From contig OZ252239.1 in NCBI GenBank assembly GCA_965249485.1, forward strand, positions 2,656,001 to 2,720,000: a stretch of 64,000 bases of DNA, in the 5' to 3' direction. Positions 1 through 9,260 of the stretch are shown here, one piece after another (positions within the stretch are counted from its first letter, which is position 1; every line of letters begins with the position of its first letter). A program made the translations under genes and the position numbers. The DNA comes from a bacterium. Its GTDB lineage: Bacteria > SM23-31. The notes below the pieces were generated by a model, which was not told the DNA's origin, made no database searches, and saw only the letters and a program-made list of their open reading frames with translations.

Positions 1-640
1 CCAATTGCTGACATTCCCACGTTGTTAAACGTGCACCTTGCAGTAAAGGTCGTGTTTCATCTGCATAAACATGTACTTTTTTACCATTGCAATGGGCTGT
101 GTATACAATTCCTAAAGCGGTTCCAATCCCTGCTGTAACGAGCATTCCCGTATTGCAGTGAGTAATAATATTGTCTCCGTCACATATGAGGTCCGAACCG
201 TACTTTCCGATTCGGTAGCATAATTCGCAATCTTCGTTATAAAGCCTATTTGCTTCTTGAGTAAGTTCTTTGATTTTAATAGAGGACAATCTCTCATCGT
301 GAGTATCCAAAACTGACCGCATGCGCTCTGTCACAAAAAATACATTACGTGCGGTAGGGCGGGCAGATTCAATTTCATCGAGAGCGCTATTTACCCATCC
401 ACTGAAATCACTTTGATTGAGATTTTTTCCTTCTATTGCTGCCAGCACCGTAGCATAACCGGCTGCTATTCCAATAGCGGGTGCGCCTCTGATTTTGAGA
501 ATTTTTATGGCATCAATAACTTCACGGTAATTTGAAGTTGTAACAGTGAGAAAATTGTTTGGCAATGCCGTTTGGTCAATAAATTGTAGAGCGTCATTAT
601 TCCATTCCAATGCTTTTACCGGTTGTTCCACAATGCTCAT
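1..640 (-). CDS. mtnA: S-methyl-5-thioribose-1-phosphate isomerase (3' end runs off the window)
   Basis: Manual translation from ATG at 640: MSIVEQPVKALEWNNDALQFIDQTALP...IRGAPAIG...THCNTG...DETRPLLQGARLTTWE. Not in the ORF track because there is no stop in the window. Confidence 0.92.
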   Translation of the reverse strand, partial: MSIVEQPVKALEWNNDALQFIDQTALPNNFLTVTTSNYREVIDAIKILKIRGAPAIGIAAGYATVLAAIEGKNLNQSDFSGWVNSALDEIESARPTARNVFFVTERMRSVLDTHDERLSSIKIKELTQEANRLYNEDCELCYRIGKYGSDLICDGDNIITHCNTGMLVTAGIGTALGIVYTAHCNGKKVHVYADETRPLLQGARLTTWECQQL

Positions 641-646
641 AAGTAA

Positions 647-1063
647 TTATTCTCCGAGAATTTGTAATATTAAAGATCTGGAACGCGGACGGTTATCACA
701 ATCGATTAACACAATTTGTTGCCATGTTCCAAGAAGCAGCACACTATTCGTAAATGGCACATTCAGTGAAGGGCCTATCATTGCTGAGCGCACGTGAGAA
801 TGGACGTTCCCATCCCCCCATGCAAGATTATGCTGATACTCTCTGGATTCAGGTATTATTTCATCAAGTAAACGTTTCAAGTCGGCAATTGCACCCGATT
901 CATATTCTATTGTTGTTATTCCAGCTGTTGAGCCGGGCACAAATATAATAACAGCACCATTCTGAATATTACTTTTTTTAACTGCTTCTTGGACAGATTC
1001 CGTTATGTTTATAATGTCATTATTTCCTTTTGTTGATAACGAAATTGTTTCACTCACTACCAT
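647..1063 (-). CDS. yjbQ: YjbQ/UPF0047 secondary thiamine-phosphate synthase family protein
   Basis: GSTAGITTIEYE, HNLAWGDGNVHSHVRS and LGTWQQI motifs. Start set at the ATG 6 nt after GGAG. Confidence 0.88.
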   Translation of the reverse strand: MVVSETISLSTKGNNDIINITESVQEAVKKSNIQNGAVIIFVPGSTAGITTIEYESGAIADLKRLLDEIIPESREYQHNLAWGDGNVHSHVRSAMIGPSLNVPFTNSVLLLGTWQQIVLIDCDNRPRSRSLILQILGE

Positions 1064-3281
1064 ACTCATCTCCATTGTGTATATACATCAATATTTGAAA
1101 ATAATTTCCTTCTACAGCTTCGACACCGTCATATGGCTGTGGTGTGATTCTTTCAAAAAATGGAAAATTCCTCAGATAGATAACATACTCTGCAAGTGAA
1201 CGCTCATGGTCGCCCGATGTAGTTTTTCCCTTGATCAGAATTCTGCGCGGAGCTAAAATGGTCTGAAATTCATTGCCCGATATAATGTTTTCAGTTTGTC
1301 TTTCAAGAATCATCATTGAGTTAATTACAATATCACGGGGCAATTTGTGATTCGACAATGCAAGTAAGATATTTTTTATTGAATCATGTCGAATTTGAAT
1401 ATTAAGCTGATCAGCCACAAAATATTGGAAATCGGATGCAGCTCGCATTTGCTCTTGCAGGCTAAAGTACTCATTCCTTTGGGGCATCCTGCTTTCCAGC
1501 TCGCTTTTCACAACATTTAACTGAGCCTGATAACTGGAAAAGGAATTATTCAAGTCATACGTTTCTTTTGCTATGAATGAGGCTGAAATCAAACTAATCA
1601 GGGCAATTCCCAAAAAAATCAAGTTGGTTTGCTTTTTTGTCTGTAACTGCTTAGGTAGAAGATTGAGTTTATTCGATTCGTCCAAAGCAAGACCGACAGA
1701 ACCGGATATAATATGTGCATCCTGCAGCACTTGATCAATTTCAGTAACATCTCGCCCAATTGTCAGATTGTTTAAATAGGAATAGTGCATTACCGGAAGA
1801 TTCAATTTATCTTCAAGTTTATCGCGCAGGTTTGCTATATTAGCTCCCCCTCCTGTAATTAATATTGAATGTATTGGAGATTCTGGAAATGTTGACATAT
1901 AGTAATCCAGGCTCCTTTGTACATCATTTACCATTTTTTCAATATCATTATATAGCATTATTCCTGTTCGCGCTACCGGAAAATCATATTCAGTCTTCTC
2001 CTCAGTGTTTGTGCTCATAACTCCATATGTCTTCAACAGATCTTCAGCTCTTTTTCTACTTATATCTATTTCCTGATCATTAATGACATGTGATCCGGTG
2101 AGTGATTTAATGAAGTCATCAACACCAATTTCAAATGTTCTTATCAATTTCAGCGTATTATTGCCCGCAAAAATCAGTTGCGATTTATCAGATCCGATAT
2201 CAAATAAAGCAACTCCTGCCACTAATTCCTGAGGGTAGAAATGAGCAAGATTGTGCTGAATAGCCATATGTGGAAGAGTTACCTTTTGAGGCGAAATGCC
2301 ACATTCCCTCAGAGCTTGCAACCATAACTCTAACTCATCCTGATCAATAATATAAATCCGCAAATGAATTTGAGAAGAATCTTGAGACTCGATTTTTTCA
2401 ATAACTTCATATTCAATATGAGGATTTTTTATTGTCTCGGGAACCATTTTTTGTGCTCTGAACATGATGGCCTGATCGAGCTCCTTACTATCCAAAGCGG
2501 GCATGGTCTCGGATGTGATGATCACTGGAAGATTTGAAATCATTACCGAAACATCAGCAATTGCAAGCAAATCAAGTGGAAGAATTTTTTGAAGGGCGAG
2601 TATTGTTTTACTTCTAAATATCTCTGCCGAATCTTCCGGTTTCCGCCCAATATCATTTATTCTGTAGCGGTCTAATATGCTCTGAGACTTTTTCTTTCTT
2701 ATTTGAGCAAATTTCACATTATTCGTTCCCAACTCAAATCCAAGGACAATATTGCTTCGGATAAATAGCTTTCTAAGCTTATTCAATAAATCTATAATAA
2801 AAAATCGTTTTGCTACCCGAAATATTTCCCCTTCTTCCTCTTCTTCCATAGTAAGCAGGTCTTCGATTGAGCCATCGTCTTTCCCCTCTTCCTGCATTAC
2901 GAGCTTCTCTTCATCGAACTCTTCGGCTTCGCTGTATTTTATGCCCGACTGAAGGCTTTCGATGTCGTGAAGCATTCCAACATCATCAATTCTGTGAAAA
3001 TATCGCCACCCAAGTAATCGAAGAATTCGGCTTAATAATTTTTGTTTTGTCGGCGCATAGGGTAACTGCTCTGCAATTTCTGCTCGGTCTTCCGAAGTCT
3101 GTTCGGCTTCATTTATCAAAGAACTTCTGATTAAGTTGATAAACTCGTAATCCTGAAACGTACTTGATACATCTTCTTGTTTGAGTTGCTCAAGAATATG
3201 ATCTTCCTTGACAATTATGGTTTTTTCTTCCGGATTTTCGAGAAACAGATCAATAGTTTTGCTTTGATTTGAATCAAACAT
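1050..3281 (-). CDS. PilM-like (actin-fold) and PilN-like fusion with acidic N-terminal extension
   Basis: LGFELGTNNVK, FDIGSDKS, QRSLDYY, ITGGGANI and VGLAL are PilM-like. They are followed by LNLLP, a TM helix, a coiled coil and ILIKG...FF, which are PilN-like. Confidence 0.75.
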   Translation of the reverse strand: MFDSNQSKTIDLFLENPEEKTIIVKEDHILEQLKQEDVSSTFQDYEFINLIRSSLINEAEQTSEDRAEIAEQLPYAPTKQKLLSRILRLLGWRYFHRIDDVGMLHDIESLQSGIKYSEAEEFDEEKLVMQEEGKDDGSIEDLLTMEEEEEGEIFRVAKRFFIIDLLNKLRKLFIRSNIVLGFELGTNNVKFAQIRKKKSQSILDRYRINDIGRKPEDSAEIFRSKTILALQKILPLDLLAIADVSVMISNLPVIITSETMPALDSKELDQAIMFRAQKMVPETIKNPHIEYEVIEKIESQDSSQIHLRIYIIDQDELELWLQALRECGISPQKVTLPHMAIQHNLAHFYPQELVAGVALFDIGSDKSQLIFAGNNTLKLIRTFEIGVDDFIKSLTGSHVINDQEIDISRKRAEDLLKTYGVMSTNTEEKTEYDFPVARTGIMLYNDIEKMVNDVQRSLDYYMSTFPESPIHSILITGGGANIANLRDKLEDKLNLPVMHYSYLNNLTIGRDVTEIDQVLQDAHIISGSVGLALDESNKLNLLPKQLQTKKQTNLIFLGIALISLISASFIAKETYDLNNSFSSYQAQLNVVKSELESRMPQRNEYFSLQEQMRAASDFQYFVADQLNIQIRHDSIKNILLALSNHKLPRDIVINSMMILERQTENIISGNEFQTILAPRRILIKGKTTSGDHERSLAEYVIYLRNFPFFERITPQPYDGVEAVEGNYFQILMYIHNGDEYGSE

Positions 3282-3329
3282 TACAGTTGTTCTCTTGAGA
3301 AAGTATAATACACCAAACTTTTTATTCCA

Positions 3330-5108
3330 TTATGAACTACTCATTGCTTCAATTCTAATATCTTTCAAAAATTCCGAAAATTGACTATTTTTTTTCATGT
3401 TAATCAGCTCAGGATCACGTACCATTTGACTCAGTACCATATTATTATCAAAAGTGAATGCTCGGCGCAATTGTTTTATTCCATCATCCACTTTGTTAAG
3501 CGCAAAGTATACACAAGAAATATTATAGAGGATTTTTGGATTGTCACTTTCTGATTTGAAGGCTTTTTGATACCATGAGAGAGCCTCATCATATTTTTTG
3601 ATAGTATGATATACTAATCCGAGCAGATAGAGAGATTTTGTGTAATGAGGATCTATCAACAACGCTTTCTTGCAGCTTTCTAAGGTGCGTTGATATTCGC
3701 CAAGTTTATATTGACAAACACCCATATTGAGATAGAACCGTTTTTCATCAGGGACAAGCTTCAAACCTTCCTGAAATTCTCGCAATCATCCACGGAAATT
3801 GTTTAATTGGTAATAACTGTTACCAAAACGGAGCCGCTTTATGCCTTCTTCCTGGACATCTTCTTGCGTATAATAAAGGTCTACTTTTTGTACAAGTTCT
3901 TCCTCTTCGATTCCCTGAGCAATATTTTTAGAACTCCATTTTGCCTTGCCAAACAGTTTCGATGATGGAATTTTCAACATGAATGAGTAAGAGTATTCCT
4001 CATCAATTTTCAGATATGATATTTTTTCAATAGTGAGCGTTTTATGCGTATCGGTAGCGGTTTCCCACATTATTGGCTCTTTGCTATTTTTGTCAAAGAT
4101 CGATGCTATTATGTAAACGTTTTCTACATCCCGGGTACCACTGTTTTTTATGTTTCCTGTAATCAGAAACTCATCATCTTCCTGAGACCAATCTTCCTCC
4201 AGAATCTCTATTTTTTTCTCGCCAAACTCCTCCTCTATAACTGACGGAGCTTCATCAACATCCCGGAAAGTTAATTTAGTGCGCACACTATCAGCATATT
4301 GTACAAATATTCTTGTTTTGTACTGCCCCGAAGCGACTCTTTTCTCTATTAGAGCTGGAGTCAAATTGTTATCCTCAAGAATTTTCATTGAGGGAAGCCT
4401 GCAAGAAAAATCAAAATCTGCTCTGCCATTCGAATCGATTTGTTCAAAAAGTTGATTGCCATGAATATTGTATTCATTCTCTTCGCTTGTTAACGTGATA
4501 GTTTCACCATAGCTGTTTTCAAGTATTCCATGCACATAGAAATTCTTAATCTCTTTATTGCCAATATTTTTAATTTGTCCGGTACAATTAAACTCCTTTA
4601 GTGTCTTTTGTTTATTATGTACCGCCTGCCATTGCGGCCGAATGAGCTTAATTTTTTCCAAAAGCTCGTCTTTAAACCACTCTTGCGTTTCATTGTCCAA
4701 CACATTTGTATCATATATAAGGAATACTTTCTGACTGTAAATATCATTTAAAATTTTATTCTCTAATGTGCGTATGCCGAGACTACCGGTCAGAAGTGTA
4801 CGACTTGGAGGAAAAGCGATAGTGATTTCGAACGGAAGGGCATCGCCAGGTTTTATTGGCGGCAATATGGTGTAATCCGCAGCTTTATAAATCGCTAGTT
4901 TTTTGGTAAGAAGCTGAAACGTTTTGTTGGATTTTTTGCTGATGATCGCAGCTACAACAATGGCATTTTTAATCTCAGACAGTCCAGTGTTTTTCACTTC
5001 TCCATGAACAGCGAAACTGGTGAGACCGCTGTCAGAAACTGCACTGCTTTGCCACTCTTCACGGATAACAGTAAGATTGACAATTTTTTTTATGTATTTT
5101 TCGCCCAT
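3330..5108 (-). CDS. Three FxLYD/CARDB-like repeats plus C-terminal TPR domain, interrupted by an in-frame TGA at 3786-3788
   Basis: Track ORFs 3786-5108 and 3330-3785 are contiguous in one frame (GNSYYQLNNFRG*LREFQEGLKL completes a TPR). The repeats begin GEVKNTG, GQIKNIG and GNIKNSG. Confidence 0.7.
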
Positions 5109-5226
5109 CCTGAGGCATTAAATGCTCTTTAAACAGAGAGAAAATATAAACATAATCGATTTATAATGCAAGAAATTCATTGGTGAACAAGTAAAGAATA
5201 AACTAATACTAACTTCCAAAAAATGT

Positions 5227-5883
5227 TTATGTATTATTGTATCGACATTTACTATTGAACGGACATTGAGTGCAGAGTGGTGATTTTTTACAATATTGCT
5301 TACCAAACGTAATGAATAGTGCATGGAATTCATTGAATACTGCTATATTATTTGGAAATGCACTTTCACACAATAGCTTTATTGATCTATATGATGCATC
5401 TGAATCAACAAAACCAATTCTATTTAAAATTCTTTTTGTATATGCGTCTACTACAAAGCTTGGTATATTCAGGGCATAAAGTAAAATGCAATCTGCAGTT
5501 TCATCACCAATACCGTAAATACTCAAAAGGTTTCCTCGTAACAAGCTGTAATCTACTTGAGCCATACTCTCTATCTTATTGTTATAATTACACTTAAAGA
5601 ATTTTAAAAATGCTTTCAGTTGTTTGCTTTTTTGATTATAAAATCCTGTAGAGCGAATCAATAGTCCTAATTCCTTTGCGGGTAGAGCATACATGCGTTC
5701 TGGCGTCATTAGGCCACAATTTTTCAGATTATTGATTGCGGATTCAACATTTTTCCATGATGTGTTTTGGGTTAGAATTGCACCGACGATTACTTCAAAA
5801 GGAGTTTCTGCAGGCCACCAATGCTGTGGACCAAACATGTAAAATAGTTTATCATAAAGTTGTTGTAAGGTGGGAAGATCCAT
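5227..5883 (-). CDS. Endonuclease III-related HhH-GPD DNA glycosylase
   Basis: GPQHWWP, GAILTQNTSW, GIGDETAD, VVDAYT and C-terminal Fe-S motif CKKSPLCTQCP...C. Confidence 0.9.
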   Translation of the reverse strand: MDLPTLQQLYDKLFYMFGPQHWWPAETPFEVIVGAILTQNTSWKNVESAINNLKNCGLMTPERMYALPAKELGLLIRSTGFYNQKSKQLKAFLKFFKCNYNNKIESMAQVDYSLLRGNLLSIYGIGDETADCILLYALNIPSFVVDAYTKRILNRIGFVDSDASYRSIKLLCESAFPNNIAVFNEFHALFITFGKQYCKKSPLCTQCPFNSKCRYNNT

Positions 5884-5903
5884 AAGAAAGGTAAATTAGT
5901 CTT

Positions 5904-6647
5904 TTATAAAGCAGCACTCTTGCGTTTTATCTCAAACATAATAATCCCGGACGCCACAGAAGCGTTCAGTGAGTCAATACCTGCCTTAATGGGAATTGCT
6001 ATAATTTCATCGCAATATTCGCGAATTAATTTCCTCATCCCCTTTCCTTCGGAACCAATAACTAGGACAAGTGGACTATTATAGGACATATCATATAGAA
6101 AGGAATTTGAATCGCTGTCACTTCCGTAAATCCAGAATCCTTCTTCTTTTAATTGTGTAAGAGTTCGTGACATATTTATCACTTCGCAGAGAGGGATGCG
6201 AAAACATGCGCCCGACGACGATGAAGCGACAACAGCAGTAATAGGTGCCTGTCTCCGCTTCTGAAATATAACACCGTCAAATCCGGCACCGAGAGCTGAT
6301 CTGATTATTGCACCAAAATTATGTGGATCAACAACTTCATCGACCGCAACGAACATCCGATTACTTATATTATTATCGGTAAATTGTTTCAAAAATGACT
6401 TCAATGAAGTGAATACAGGCACCTTGTCAAGCAGTACACATATGCCTCCGGAACGCGCACCTCTTGAAATCGCGTCTATTGCCTTCTTCGGAAGCAGTTC
6501 AATGCTGGTACCGGGTGATTTTTTCTGAATAGAACTGCATAAGTTTTTACACTCTTTCAAATTCTGGGATATAAATACTTTTTTTAAAGGTATTTTTGCA
6601 GTAATTGCTTCATATAAAGCATTTTTTCCAAAAATGTATTCGGACAT
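5904..6647 (-). CDS. rlmB: 23S rRNA (guanosine-2'-O)-methyltransferase RlmB
   Basis: DPHNFGAIIRSA, IGSEGKG and DSLNASVA SPOUT motifs, with the N-terminal IFGKN domain. Confidence 0.88.
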   Translation of the reverse strand: MSEYIFGKNALYEAITAKIPLKKVFISQNLKECKNLCSSIQKKSPGTSIELLPKKAIDAISRGARSGGICVLLDKVPVFTSLKSFLKQFTDNNISNRMFVAVDEVVDPHNFGAIIRSALGAGFDGVIFQKRRQAPITAVVASSSSGACFRIPLCEVINMSRTLTQLKEEGFWIYGSDSDSNSFLYDMSYNSPLVLVIGSEGKGMRKLIREYCDEIIAIPIKAGIDSLNASVASGIIMFEIKRKSAAL

Positions 6648-6697
6648 GCGTACTCACTGATTAAATTGTGTAATATTTTATTAATTCATCTCAATCT

Positions 6698-6705
6698 GCC
6701 GATAA
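6698..6705 (+). promoter_or_regulatory. sigma28-like -10 element (GCCGATAA)
   Basis: Exact FliA -10 consensus upstream of RBS GGAGGAGG and ATG 6730. The -35 match is weak. Confidence 0.4.
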
Positions 6706-6729
6706 TATAAGTGGAGGAGGAATCAACAA

Positions 6730-7101
6730 ATGACAAGGATTGTCTCAAATCTATTCGATAGATCCTTTATTGGATATACCAATCGTCTGCAGAGTATTGC
6801 TGCTGACAAATCAGTCACTATTCAAAAATCTCCTGAAATTGTAGTCCATGATTTTTTTGATCTGAATTCAAAGAGCCGTTTAGAATTCTTTTATATGCTT
6901 GGACAAAAGTCGGGTGACGAAATGAACACAATAACAAAACTTATAGCGGCGCTCTTAAAAAAAGGTATTGTTGGATACGAGTACTTAAACGTCAATAATA
7001 AACCCTACAAATCATTTATTACGACACAAATTGGCAGTCAGAAGTTGTATGGCAAAAAACTCTATACTAACCGGACTCCTTCTTCTAACTTCATAATATA
7101 A
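6730..7101 (+). CDS. Hypothetical protein (123 aa)
   Basis: Strong RBS GGAGGAGG; fills the gap between rlmB and the TrmH gene. Confidence 0.75.
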   Translation: MTRIVSNLFDRSFIGYTNRLQSIAADKSVTIQKSPEIVVHDFFDLNSKSRLEFFYMLGQKSGDEMNTITKLIAALLKKGIVGYEYLNVNNKPYKSFITTQIGSQKLYGKKLYTNRTPSSNFII

Positions 7102-7125
7102 TGCGAGTATTTTTATTGCTCAATA

Positions 7126-7683
7126 TTAATACAATTTCATATTGTTAGAAATTCGAAACTGTCTATACATTTCATAAGCCATAACCCCAAAAGCAGTGCT
7201 AACATTAAGCGATTGTTTCACACCCAACATCGGCAAGTCGACACAATCATCACACATATCCAATGTACTCTGCTCTATGCCTTCAAATTCATTACCCACT
7301 ATAATTGCAACAGGAAAAGGATACATGAATTCTTGAAAATCAACGCTGTTTTCGGTTTGTTCCAGCCCTATTATATGGATTCTTTTTCCTTTCAGATATG
7401 AAATAGCATCTTCAGTTTTTTTGAAACTCTGCCAAGGAACAGCCTCTACCGCTCCAAGTGCAGCTTTGTCTATCTCTTTTCTTGGGGGTCTTCCCGTATA
7501 ACCAGTCAGAATTACTTGCGAAAACCGGAGTCCGTCAGCTGTCCTAAATATTGAACCAACATTGTGTAGACTCCGAATATTTTCAACAATTACGTACAAC
7601 GGCAGTCTGGGTTTATTTTCGATATTATCAAGCGACAGTGACTTTTGCTTCAATTCTTCGAAACTATGTTTACGGTAATGCAT
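7126..7683 (-). CDS. TrmH/SpoU family RNA methyltransferase
   Basis: ENIRSLHNVGSIFRTAD, GNEFEG and KQSLNVS motifs. Confidence 0.9.
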   Translation of the reverse strand: MHYRKHSFEELKQKSLSLDNIENKPRLPLYVIVENIRSLHNVGSIFRTADGLRFSQVILTGYTGRPPRKEIDKAALGAVEAVPWQSFKKTEDAISYLKGKRIHIIGLEQTENSVDFQEFMYPFPVAIIVGNEFEGIEQSTLDMCDDCVDLPMLGVKQSLNVSTAFGVMAYEMYRQFRISNNMKLY

Positions 7684-7729
7684 ACATCTTTACTCTAAAA
7701 GTTGATTATTGATAAATCTCTTACAATTG

Positions 7730-8719
7730 TTATATCGTATATTGATCATTTTTATATAAGTTTTGGTTTTCTTTAATATATTCGATCGTATTTTTTATTC
7801 CATCTGACAATGAGTACTGAGATTTCCAATTCAACATTTCTTTTGCTTTTTTATTGTCACAAATCAGCTCCATCACTTCACTTTTTTCAGGCCTATCCCT
7901 ATTATTATCATGCTGAATATTTAGATTTTTATTCAATTGTTTTTGAATTTCAAGCACAATATCCTCAATTGTAACACCAACACCCGAGCCGATATTGACT
8001 ACATCACCTATTAATTGTTCGGATTCAGCTAACTTAACAAAACCATTAATTGAATCTTCCACATAATTCATATCACGCACAGGTGTCAAAATACCAAGAT
8101 TCAGCGTGTCACTTGTTAATGCCTGTGTAATTATTGTTGGTATTATTGCTCGAGCTGATTGACGTGGACCATAGGTGTTAAATGGCCTGAGAATTGATGC
8201 CGGAAGCGAAAAAGACAGCACATAGCTTTGCGTAATTTTTTCAGCACTAATTTTACTTGCAGAATATGGTGATTGAGCTTGAAGCGGATGATTTTCATTA
8301 ATAGGAGTATATTGTGCTGTTCCATATACTTCACTTGTGGAAGTAACAACAACTTTTTCAACATCATTCTCTAAACAAGACTGTAGTACATTAATAGTGC
8401 CCTCTACGTTAACCTTATAAAATAAAAGAGGGGCACTATATGAATATGGAATGGAAATGAGTGCAGCTAAATGGAACACAACATCAACATCTTTTATGAT
8501 TTTTTTTATAAAATTAAAATCTAAGATATCGCCTGCAATAACTTCAATTTTGCTTTGTTTGACTATTTCAGTATTTTCGAGGTGTCCCCAATTATTCATT
8601 GAATTATAATGTATTAGTGCCTTAACTCGAGAACCCTGATTTACAAGTGATTCAACAAGGTGACTTCCAATAAATCCACCTGCCCCGGTAACTAAAACTG
8701 TTTTATCAGAAATTCGCAC
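7730..8719 (-). CDS. NAD-dependent nucleotide-sugar 4,6-dehydratase (LegB-like SDR)
   Basis: GAGGFIG, LAALISIPYSY, TSTSEVYG, YSASK and RPFNTYGPRQS motifs; GTG start after GAGGAGG. Confidence 0.85.
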   Translation of the reverse strand: MRISDKTVLVTGAGGFIGSHLVESLVNQGSRVKALIHYNSMNNWGHLENTEIVKQSKIEVIAGDILDFNFIKKIIKDVDVVFHLAALISIPYSYSAPLLFYKVNVEGTINVLQSCLENDVEKVVVTSTSEVYGTAQYTPINENHPLQAQSPYSASKISAEKITQSYVLSFSLPASILRPFNTYGPRQSARAIIPTIITQALTSDTLNLGILTPVRDMNYVEDSINGFVKLAESEQLIGDVVNIGSGVGVTIEDIVLEIQKQLNKNLNIQHDNNRDRPEKSEVMELICDNKKAKEMLNWKSQYSLSDGIKNTIEYIKENQNLYKNDQYTI

Positions 8720-9110
8720 CTATTCCTCCTCTAATCTCTTAATTATTTCAAATATATGGAATATTTAATAGTTCTAAAATCATTTTTCACTCTTAGAATA
8801 CAAAATAGTATTAATATATAACCGTATCCATGAAAAAATATTATTTTTTATAATTATCAAAATAATCTTGTCGTAAGTAATCATTTTCTTCATTACCGGT
8901 AATCATAAATAATAATTATCATTTTGCTGCTATACCATTTTCTGCGTTTCATGTATTGATAAGAATAAATTCATCCGGTATGTGAAACAAATTGCGAGAT
9001 TCATTGCTCTTTAATTTCATTCCAGTGATCCGTGGAAAAATTAGATTCATACACAATATGTGGTTAAACAATCAACGATGTCGATCGTTTCTAAAATACA
9101 TGCGAACTGC

Positions 9111-9260
9111 TTATTTTTCGAATAATTTCTTAATTTCTTCTAAACTGAGCCAATTTTTACAGTTAACACAAAGCAGAGCAGTTGCATTTTTCTGCAGTTT
9201 TAATTCTTTCCCACAATCTTTACAAGTAACCATTATATAATCTTGTTCTTGTTGGCTCAT
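9111..9260 (-). CDS. Zinc-ribbon microprotein (49 aa)
   Basis: Manual translation MSQQEQDYIMVTCKDCGKELKLQKNATALLCVNCKNWLSLEEIKKLFEK. Two CxxC pairs; the ATG overlaps the tgt stop (ATGA). Confidence 0.7.
   Translation of the reverse strand: MSQQEQDYIMVTCKDCGKELKLQKNATALLCVNCKNWLSLEEIKKLFEK

Noticed and set aside
8840..8925. Fur-box-like AT-rich palindromes upstream of the dehydratase
   Set aside because: Imperfect matches in a very AT-rich spacer; expected by chance.
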